In this document: in pieces, positions 35,158 to 45,500 of the stretch
Layout of the letters: each line of letters begins with the position of its first letter
Numbering within the stretch: the stretch's first letter is position 1
From: Tubiluchus corallicola
Lineage: Eukaryota > Animalia > Priapulida
NCBI GenBank assembly: GCA_030141605.1
Contig: JAQGDQ010000572.1
Coordinates: 74,264-138,263 of the forward strand
Length of the DNA stretch: 64,000 bases
Direction: 5' to 3'
Position numbers and translations under genes: made by a program
Notes under the pieces: model-generated
The model's database searches: none
The model's input: only the letters and a program-made list of their open reading frames with translations
What the model was told of the DNA's origin: nothing

Positions 35158-35614
35158 CCCTTTCAGTCCCAAATTATTTTTTTAATAAGAAAAAAATTTT
35201 TGGCTTGGTACTTTTGTTCAGTATGTCCATCTTGTTTACACATAATAATTTTTTTTCTACCTGTGCCCGCGTGCTAAATATAGCCTGTATCCCACGGGAT
35301 ACATTGGGATTCAATGGAAGCATAAAATTTGCTTCATTTTGCTACTGTTGATAATTTTTTCAAGTATTTAAGACATTTAGTATGCATGCTATGCTGATCT
35401 GTACAAAGTCGTCTCTAAAGTACTGTACCTTACACAGTTTTTATGCTATGTAGATTTTCTAGTTTGCCATTTTATCACCATTTTTAGTCTATTGTTATTG
35501 GCTTAAATCAAAATAACTATTAACAGATCAAATAACTATCAGTTTTAAAATTTTATTAATTTTAAAGGCAGAGAATATTCTCGCATCCCATGGGATACAA
35601 CGGGTATGAAAGGG
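35158..35614 (+). mobile_element. piggyBac-like MITE
   Basis: CCCTTTCA...TGAAAGGG TIRs, flanks TTAG/TTAA. Confidence 0.85.
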
Positions 35615-35965
35615 TTAACAAAACATTAACAAGATCACACAATTTAGCACTTTACAACATCGATTACAGCTAACGAATCACAACTGATGCAGTGCAATAA
35701 CCGCACAGAACTTTGACACTAAATTGCCGAAGTATTTTACAGTTGATAATAACAGATTTGATCTCTAGTTTGCTCACTGAACATGTCGGTGATTAAAATT
35801 ATCAATATCGGGTCATGCCAATTTCTGCAAATGCATAATACTGTTACAAAAAATACATTTTGCTAAGAAAATATTAAAACTATAAAACAGCAGCTCTGTT
35901 ATCGACAAGACTTGACAGAAACTCATCTACAATAGTAGGGTGATTATTTACTGGTTAGTTTACAC

Positions 35966-36871
35966 TAGTAATAGGCGATTGTGAAATTTTCTAATTCAAT
36001 TACAATTTTTTTCTTGAAATTCGATATCATGATTAATTTTTTGTGATCATTTTTTAGTATTTTAGCAGTATTTTTCAATGATTGGAGTGAAGTATAGCCT
36101 ATAACTTCTTCATGGCTTTCATCGCTCTCTGTCATTTTCGTACTCCATACTCGGAAACTGTTTTTATAGACACGTACATTCATTAACTACTCTATTGCTA
36201 TTTAAACTGCACATGTCACGTGAAAACGAATAAGAAGCCCCAGTTGGCAACACTGTGGTTTGCAATTGTGTGCAATTTGTAAGGTGAGAAAAACGAAGAA
36301 AAATGTAAAGTTGCTGTTTATTTTTGCCTAAAACTCATGCCTTTTAGTTAGTGTGTAACACGCATATTTTGCTCTCGATTAACTGAATTATTATTGAATA
36401 TGCGATTTATACATGGTTGTCATCTCAAGTAATTAGATTAATCTATTAATCGCTAGGGGTGAGCATCGAATTCGAACGCTCGAATTCGATTCGAACGAGT
36501 TTTTTTAGTTCGAACTCGATTCGAATCCAAAATTATAGATTCGAATAATTCAGCACTTCAATCACACACGGTCTTTATCACTAAAACGATTGAAACATCA
36601 TGCAATTAGTATAATTTAGCTGTGATTTCTGCGCACAATTTTAAACAAATTACTAGTCGTTTTATTGCAGAACAAAATCTAGTGATATGCATGATTTTTG
36701 TAAGACTAATTTTTGCTGGTGGTTCGAAAATCTTACGATCTTAATTCGAACTCGGTTTGAATTCGAAACACTGAAGTTCGGTTTGATTCGAATTCAAAAG
36801 TCACAAATTCGGTTCGATTTGAATTCGCTTTCCGGTAGAGAATGCTCACCCCTATTAATCGCCCATCACTA
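35966..36871 (-). mobile_element. hAT-like MITE family E, host of a nested insertion
   Basis: Imperfect TIRs TAGTAATAGGCGATT / AATCGCCCATCACTA. Confidence 0.65.
36454..36854 (+). mobile_element. hAT MITE family D
   Basis: TIR TAGGGGTGAGCAT, perfect 8-bp TSD TTAATCGC, TTCGAA-rich subterminal repeats. Confidence 0.92.
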
Positions 36872-37195
36872 GCCCATCAGTATTTACACCCAGGTACTTT
36901 TTTATACATTTTGCCTCTCTGTACATCGGAGTCCATCACCCAATAGCATCGCCTACTTGATGCAGATGGTTTGTGGTAAGATCAGAACCTAGCGCATTAT
37001 CAAAAAAACTTCTTTAAGATGAGAAGATCGTAACAGATAGTAAACTGGCTTTGTGTCTCGGTCATGTTCAGACCTGCTTATACATCCTCTGTTAACAAAA
37101 TGTATTACACAATTTTAATTAGTCGCCTCGATCTCGATTCAAACTAACGAAGCCGAGTACGTTTCTAGCAGCACAATTAACGCCAATGGTTCTCG

Positions 37196-38005
37196 CTACC
37201 TCATCCATGCATCATCGCTTCTGAGAAACGAAGAATCCCTTTTGCCAATTTGACACTTAATACCCCTGACAGGTTGTGGTATCTGGTACCAAATTAAGTC
37301 ATCTACGATCGCTTTTTTGTCTTCAGGTGAGTCATCGGTCACATGATCTATAACTTCACTATAACCACTGTCAGTCAGAGAAGAACTCACCTGCGTATCT
37401 ACTGATTCACAGTCACTGCCTTGATTGCAACTTCCTTTGTCCAAAAGAGGTGACTTTGTCCTGCAAATATTTCCCCTGCCTACGGGCTCAACATTAATAG
37501 TTAAGCAACTGAAGGAACTCAGCGATGAATCACCAATAACTTTACTGTCGCCACAATCGTTTATTCTGGTACGTTCTGGGCTGTCAGTCAAATGCACTAC
37601 GTGAACCTTTCCACGCATCGAAGGAATAAATGACAACTTCGGTACAAACCAATCAACGATATGATTTCTCTTAGTTTGAAACATAACAAAGATGTTCGTG
37701 ACGGAGAAAGGCTTCAAATCGAGAAACACGCTGTTGGTAACAAGGTAATGAAATAATTTTCTTGAACAAAGCTTTGCAGAAGTACTGCATTGTGTGTCAT
37801 GCACTGACTCGAAGCTGAACACATACTGCTCCTTAGGAGAGGCGGCGGTTGCACCAAGTAACAAGTGAATTCTGCTCACCGGCACTCCGCTAGTAATCAG
37901 TTTGTCGACATTGTCAAAAAGTTCTTTCAGTGACGATACACACTTCTGAAGTTTTCTTCGCTGTAGACTTGATAAGACATCTTTCCCAACGTTATTGTAC
38001 CATTT
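37196..38005 (-). CDS. MAD2L1BP: MAD2L1BP coding exon 2
   Basis: ttttaacag acceptor; 270 codons to TAG; contains track ORF 37196-37885. Confidence 0.85.
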   Translation of the reverse strand, partial: KWYNNVGKDVLSSLQRRKLQKCVSSLKELFDNVDKLITSGVPVSRIHLLLGATAASPKEQYVFSFESVHDTQCSTSAKLCSRKLFHYLVTNSVFLDLKPFSVTNIFVMFQTKRNHIVDWFVPKLSFIPSMRGKVHVVHLTDSPERTRINDCGDSKVIGDSSLSSFSCLTINVEPVGRGNICRTKSPLLDKGSCNQGSDCESVDTQVSSSLTDSGYSEVIDHVTDDSPEDKKAIVDDLIWYQIPQPVRGIKCQIGKRDSSFLRSDDAWMR

Positions 38006-38517
38006 CTGTTAAAATAACGAAAAAATTAAATGCAATAAAAAAACAATATACTTCTCATCTTTCTCTCCAGACTTGAACTGTGACAATCTTTCAAATAATA
38101 TTTTCAGAATTCATTGTGAAATGTAGGACTCACCTCAGTCAGTCTTCATTGAAAACTGAAACCGAGATTATTTGCAAGAATTTAAAATTGTACCTAGGCT
38201 GCAGATGTTTTGCAATACAATATCATCTAGTTAATATTATAATCGCTTCCTAAATTTCTCAAATAACTTAACTTCAAACTAGGCAAATTAGTTAGAGAAT
38301 TAAGAATTAGATATGAAACTAAAAGCCAATTTACCTTACAGGATAGTTCTTCCATTTGCTGAAAAGGCAAAGGTATAATATTCCTGTGATACAAGACGTA
38401 TTTGATCAATTCTATCGTTAACTGCGACTGAATGGTAAAATCTATGGAACAACCTAAATTTATAAAGGAATGTACAGTTCTATCAATGTACACAGCATGA
38501 CTGTAGGGATCCGCCAT
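37196..38517 (-). CDS. MAD2L1BP: MAD2L1-binding protein (p31comet), whole model, ~330 aa
   Basis: complement(join(37196-38005,38335-38517)). ELIKYVLYHRNIIPLPFQQM, LLLGATAASPKEQY and DDLIWYQ...RG match p31comet HORMA-like motifs. The end could instead splice at AG|gtagcg (intron from 37199) to an acceptor near 37090. Confidence 0.85.
38335..38517 (-). CDS. MAD2L1BP: MAD2L1BP coding exon 1
   Basis: ATG at 38517; donor AAG|gtaaat; 61 codons, phase 0. Confidence 0.88.
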
Positions 38518-38959
38518 GACTGCTTGTAAAGAAGTTTAGCGTAGGATTCGGCTTGCTAAATTTAAATGACATTTTACCATTTTTAGAAAATATAATCAAA
38601 CAAACTTTCAAAAATAGAAAACCATTAAAATTTTAAAAATTTAGTGGTAACACATTAAGTTCAACAATGTTCAATTAGTTATTTGCTACAAACAAATTGT
38701 GCACGAATTTTGGCAATGACACAACGGCCATTTTTAATCTGCCCGGCAACTTGAGTGAAGGCGGTTTATAGATTCAAGTAGCTCTTTGAAAAACATCTCT
38801 TTTTAAAGTAAGTTCGTTGAATAACTTTCTTAAGAAACCATTTTGTTTTGTATGAATGCACGGTCGCTTGGATAAAAACCATTAGCTTTACTTAATTATT
38901 GTGTTTATCAACAAATTTAACGTGCAAACTGCGAGGACTTGGTTTGCCGGTTTAATCGT

Positions 38960-39125
38960 TGTGTGTACTTTGAATACAGCAGCGCGCATGCTGTACCTAC
39001 GTGAGCAGCCAAGCGCGCGTGCTTCAAGAGTGCTGGCGTTAGACGCTCTGTGGGGGTGACGACCGGCGCGTGGGTCGGCTTTGTTCTTGCACCTGGTTGA
39101 TGCTCAGATCTGGTACCGTGTGTAA
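38960..39125. promoter_or_regulatory. Putative bidirectional promoter / short non-coding first exons shared by MAD2L1BP and DNPH1
   Basis: CpG-rich island (GCGCGC motifs) between divergent ATGs 923 bp apart. Outward-facing donors: minus GTAGGT at 39000-38995, plus GTAAGG at 39122. Matching acceptors upstream of each ATG (minus ~38566, plus 39422). Confidence 0.6.
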
Positions 39126-39440
39126 GGAAAATGTGTATTTAGCTGACTTAGTTGTATAGTTTAGCCAGTTCGAATATACTAGGAATTGTGGGTGCATATC
39201 TGCTTCGCAAGAAAGTGTGTAATAAAAGGTTGTATTTAATATTTCTTTTATTTGTCTAAAGTATGTTTTTAGAAACGACATTTTATGTTTAAATAGATAG
39301 CTAATACTGCAAATAATTGAATACTTGAACATTAAAGTGTTCCATAAAATGATAAATGAATAAAAAGATATTAATTTAAATGTCACACTCTTTTGCAACT
39401 GTCAAACAAATCTTTGTTTCAGGTAGACTATATATTCACT

Positions 39441-39579
39441 ATGGCAGACATATATTTTTGTGGAAGCATCCGTGGAGGCCGCCAAGATGCTGAACTTTAC
39501 GGTCGCATCATTACGAAGCTGAAAGAATTTGGTACTGTTCTCACAGAACATGTAGGAAACAAAGAAGTTGGAGAAAAAG
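39441..39579 (+). CDS. DNPH1: DNPH1 exon 1
   Basis: MADIYFCGSIRGGRQDAELY...TEHVGNKEVGEK; G|gtatga. Confidence 0.95.
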
Positions 39580-42500
39580 GTATGATATAAATGCATTTTT
39601 ATTTTTTATATAACTTTATACTTACATAACATTTAAATAATCATAATAATTACTTGTACAATATAGATGCTTTATGTACTTACAGTGGGTACAGTATATT
39701 AATTACTGATACCACTCACTTAGCACTAAAACCACGTGGACTTTAAATTCTTTTTATTCTGTTGCTGTTCACACTGCCGTGGATACGCTCGATCGTCTTC
39801 ACCACCAGTGACGAGCAAACAGACATCAATAAAAAGTGTCTGTTTGCAAGATCGACAACACGATCAATTCGATTTAGAAATCACACCAAATATCTTTGAC
39901 GTCAATTTGCCTTTACTGTTCACTTGTCTTTAATTATATTTTTAGTTTCAACAGCTCGTTAACGTACATCCTAGTCAGTAGTAATTTTATTTATGTTCCA
40001 TTCACTTATATGTTGCACAGATAGGCCCAACTTATTGATATTCATAGCTTTACATTCAAAAACATTCGCAGTAGTATCCTCTGTTACCTGACATAAAGAA
40101 CATTTAAGATCCCCTTTATACAGATTTTTGAAATTTGCCTTAACATCTAAGATATTAAGTCTAATTGACATAATATCTTTCATTTCGTCTAACCTACATA
40201 CATTTGTCGAAATACACTAGCAACAGTAAATTTTCGATTTTCTAGACATTACTGTATATAGTTTATTAGCACTTAACTGACAACTGATTCAATTTGTTTG
40301 TGTTAATTTTCTTTTGCTGTAGTATGTAAAAGCATTCGTATGTAAAACCCGACAAATTTCATTTATTATACATGTACTATAATGTAAGAACAATAAATTA
40401 CAGTCATACCTCGGTTTTCGACCAGAAAATTCGAGTTGAAATTGTCTCCGCTTTCGACCAGAATTTCGGTACTCGACCAGCCGCCAAACACGTGATGAAC
40501 GCATGCGCGGTGAGCCGAGTAGAGCCGAGCGTAACCGATTGAGCCCGAGAGTAGTCACACACGTGTTTCTGCTCTTGCTTACGTATACCATCACACTGCT
40601 ACCAACACTTAAGGTTTTTCATGCAGGAATAATTATGTTTTTCTTTCTAAGGAATTCTATTATGTTTATCTTATCAATAATATCACATCTACTGTTTTAA
40701 TAAACATTTTTGCATTATTATATTTCGTTTTAGTAATACTTCACAGTTCATTTGGTGCTTGAGAACAGATTATTTGCTTTTACATTATTTCTTATGAGAA
40801 TAAATGATTCGGTACTCAACCAAATCAGTTTTCAAACACTTTAGGAATGAATTATGGTCGAAAACCGGGGTATGACTGTACTTACTAACTCACATACTTT
40901 CTTGGTTGCTTACTTACTAAGTTGCTTACTTATTTGTTTACTTACTTGCTTAATTCCTCCCGTCAAGAATAGGGACAATGAATAAAAGTTCCTCTATTAA
41001 AAAACGGAAAAAGAAAGAAAGGGCACAACATTTTGAACTAGAAGTTGATTGTTGCTGGTTTAAAGCAGCATGAATGTTTAAAATCGTCTTCATCTTACGG
41101 TTGTATTCATGAATTTTGATTTTTGCTGAGATTAATTTTTTGTGAAAAGTCTCTTGATTTTAAGTTGCGTGCTGTTGATTCTCAAAGTTTTTTTATGGAA
41201 AAATTTTCGACTGATGGAGTTTCGTGTGAACTAGAGGTTCGGCGGAGCTTATTTTTCCGAAACCGAATCGCGTTGTTTCGGTGTAGCAAAGCTTCATCCC
41301 ACGCCATATTTTGAAAACTACCTCTGTAATCACTTCAAGTGAACATAAAAAGACAAAAAGTGGAAAATCGCAAGAAATTACTAAAACTACTAAGCTAATT
41401 TCTGGGAGTTTTGTATATGCATATTGTGGGGGGTCGCAGGATTAAACCGTCATGGGCTTCGTGAAAATGTAGTGTATTGAATATAAAATTGCGTGGGCCA
41501 ATCAGAGCTCAGTTTTCTAGGCCAATTTTCTCGAGCGTGCAACCTGTTCTCGTAGATTCGAGGGCAGTGCGTTCTCGGCCATGTTCGGCTTCGGGTTTCA
41601 TTTTGTTTTTCTCTTCTTGGTTGCTGTTATTAAGTCGGTCGTGATTCAGTAATTTTTGGTTTAATCCCTTGGTTTGCATTTCGACTCGACGCGTAAGCGT
41701 CAGCTATAAACTGTTGCTAAGTGTTTCATTTTACTGTTTTTCTTTCTTTTCTTTTTTTTTATAATTTTCTTTACTTAATGATGAATCCTCGCTATCATAG
41801 ACGGCATCACAATATTATTAACATGCAAAGATATAAGCACATAGAAAAACACAGAAGTACAGTAGATAAAAATACAGAATAAAATCATTAGCTGGTCACA
41901 AAGAACAGAATAGATCATCAAAAATCGCTCTGTATTTTTTTACATTATTATGATATATTATGTGTTATAAAGTAAATTTCATTTGCCATTGTTCTTATGT
42001 TTCTATTGTCAGATTTTTATTTCAGTTCTTGTTTCAGTTCTTATTTCAGTTATTTTCAGTTTGATTTTTTTTTTATATTATGCACTTATTATTACTGTGT
42101 ATGAATTGTACTAACACGTTATAAGCATATCAATTTAATGTCATTCGTTACAATTTAGTTTTTATTATAAGCAGTACTAACACTAATACACTGTAGCATA
42201 ACGCCTATAAAAATGTTCATCACTAACCAAAGGGCAGCTGACTAGATGACCAAATGGTCTTTCGCTGCCCTTTCTTCACATTTTTGTTACCAAATTAATT
42301 GTATTGTAACTGTGCGTGTGTTAAAAGATAAATAAAAGATTATTATTATTATTATAATAGATACAATAGAAACTTTGTTTTTCATTGTTTATAGTAATGT
42401 TTGATTTCACGATCAGTTATAATTATTTTGCAGGTGACGACATTGACGAGAGAGAAATTCATGATCGCAATATGAAATGGTTGGACCAGGCTGAATGTAA

Positions 42501-45500
42501 GCAGTTTTCTTTGCTATGATCCTTAACAATAATAGTCCTTAAAGCAGGGATGAGAATTTTCCGCGGATATGTGGAATTCCGAGTTTTTGGAAGACCAGTA
42601 GTGCCATTTTTGTAAATCGCGTAAATTCGTTGAGAAAATCCAGTACATTATTTCACAAGCTGACCGCTAGTTGGCAGACCGTCACTTTGTTTACGTCACG
42701 TACATCAGTGTAACCACGTGTATATCTCTATGTATAAAAATATAGAATCAATTGTGCAGAGTTATTTGAGTCAATTGCAGACAGTTTTTATATACTTTTA
42801 CATAGGAGCGGCCAGTACTTAGGCATTTTTGAGACAATTAGGTATCATGTATCCTTGATAGTTGTGGTATTTTAAATTATGCATGAAACAAGGTAAGTAA
42901 TATTTTAAGTCCACTTAGAGGCTCTCTATGGCCTACGCGGCCCCCAAACCCCCGGCCTGTTTCAGAGTTTTTTTGCAATTTCTCATTCTCTTCCCTGCCT
43001 TAAGGCATGTTTCTTCCCATTCTAAACACGAAGTTTTGTTTAAAATAATGAGTGCAGCATTAAAAGAAATCAGACTCATCTTAAAGTATGGTCCAAAATG
43101 ATCTGTCCTGTAAAGTATTGAAAGCGAACTTTTTTCAAGAATGTCTTGCGTAAATGAATTATTATGACAGAATGGTAACTTCGTGTTCGCACAACTAGTT
43201 CTTCGCTATTACATGTATATCACCATTTACTAGTTAACTAGACACTAGTGCGTGTATCTCGGATATCGATTGCACAGAAAACGGGTGCTGTACCTTTCAC
43301 TTCTGCGGTGTTCAATTGTGATGTACAGCTCAAATCTGTACAGTACCACTGCATTTCAGTTTTCGCAAAGACGTGGAATGTTTTTGTTGTTGAAAATTAC
43401 GTTCAATCATGACGTCATCACTAGTTGGGCTGTGCTGCGATAATTTATGTTTTTAAATCGATTATATAAGTATTATCAGAAGTTCTTTGGCATTTTTATA
43501 AGTCTTAAAATGTTCAATTTTTACCATATTTCAAAATGGGTTAGGATATGAAAACTGATCTTGTTTTCCATTGAAGGAAAACTGGACAATTGTTTAGACT
43601 CAATCTCGTTTTAATTTACTGTCTCAAATATACGTTTTCTTGCCTATAAAAGTTAGTAATTGTTTCTTATATTTGAATAATTAACTTAGGAAGTAAATTA
43701 ACGGCAACCGAACAAAATGGCGCCTTTGCCAATCTTAGTAGATTCGCTGAGTCGCGCGTAGCTTTGAAAGTTTAACGAAATTTGAGCATTCGGGGTAATT
43801 ATTACTTAATTCGAAAAAAAGCTATTGTAGTTTTCAATATTTTAGAGCATACTTTATTCTGAACTCGTGTTTACACAATCGTCTAGTTTTCCTTTGACTA
43901 TTTTCATTACTACGAGTTATTTTAACAGTGTTTAAGTCTAAAAATTAGCATAATGTTGTATTAATTAATTAGCTAATAATTAATTAGTCAACTTATAATA
44001 ATTGTGTATAAACAGTGTCGTCAAATGCTTGCAAAGACTTAATATTTAGTGATACGAAGCTGGAATTGCATTTCTGCTTTGAGTTGATTTTCATTGCTTT
44101 TGCCTTTTATACATACACTAACACCTAAAAAATGTCATGAGCCTGTGAGTAAACTTGTATTTTTAATAAGGGGCAGCTGACCAAGTGACCAATAGGTCTT
44201 TGGCTGCTCCTTCTCAGTTGCAATGAAATGTAAAAATAATTATGACGAATTTTAACTGCTGTTGAGAAAATAAAATTGAATTGAATTTAAGCAGCTTTCA
44301 ACTGGGTAAGTTTGAGCAATTGCTTTATTAAAGTCAAATCTTAGTATTGCTGCAAATGTGCATACTTACACGAGTGATGACTTCTGCATGTGATTATATT
44401 TTTTGGCAATGCTGCTTTTCCGACGAATTTTTTCATTTTATCATACGTGTTTTTTTGCTTTAGTCGTGGTAGCCGAGGTAACAGTTCCGTCGTTAGGCGT
44501 CGGCTATGAGATTGGACAAGCTATTAATATGGAAAAGAAAGTGCTGTGCCTCTTTAGGGAGTCAAGTGGAAAATGTAAGTTGAGTATTTCTAGTGTTATG
44601 CTTATGTGTAATCTTATGTATGTACGTAGTTTATTGACTAAAACAAGTTACATGTATACACAAGGAACGAGGTAAATGCCACAATCGATACATTAGTGAT
44701 TTTAGTCCAAATGATGCCACCTTCAGGTGTTCTTGTTAAAATTGTTAAATCTTTCTCTTTACTGTTTAAATTTTCATTGGCTTCTACAGTTTATGAATGC
44801 ATAATCTGTAAACCTGTTTTCACACCTAAATGATTTCACCTGTAGTTTTGGTCACTTGGTTTTCTGCTTTTCAACATGACACTACTTTGCTGATTATGTA
44901 GACACTTCAGAATAAAATCTTAAAACTAAATTTCAAGTTTTTTGGTTTCTTCAAACCAAAACTTACGTAGAGAAATATATGGTCTATGCGTTCACAACCT
45001 TGGGATCGCGGGATTGTCCAAAAACTATTTTTTTTAAAAATGCTGTTTTCATTAAAAGTATATAAGTAGGTCTTGTTTCCCCAGTCTCTCATTACATCGT
45101 TTTGTTCTGGAAAGTGAAACCATGTTATACAGGTTTTACAAATCAAATGTAGACCGACGTTAACTCAAATGTAGATTTGGGTAATTCAAATGTGTCTTGG
45201 TAACTCAAATGTAGACGTAGGTAGTTCAAATGTGTTAACAATGGTTTTCAAGACATCTTAAGCGTTTTTGGTTAGTCAAATGTACACACATGTCAAGTCA
45301 AATGTGACATTGGTATCTCAAATGTGGATAGGTGTTAAAGTTTAAGGATGTTAAATTTAATCTTCTTTAATTTCAATTTAATAATTGCTCTTAAGTTAAA
45401 ATAGCAACGTTATAGGTCTACTAATGGCTCACTAATATTCTGTAAACTTTACATACCATTGGAACTGTTAGAGAAAACAATACATCCTTAAAATAAACAA

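Noticed and set aside
41775-41900. C/D snoRNA (ATGATGA) in DNPH1 intron 1
   Set aside because: No D box (CTGA) or terminal stem at a suitable distance
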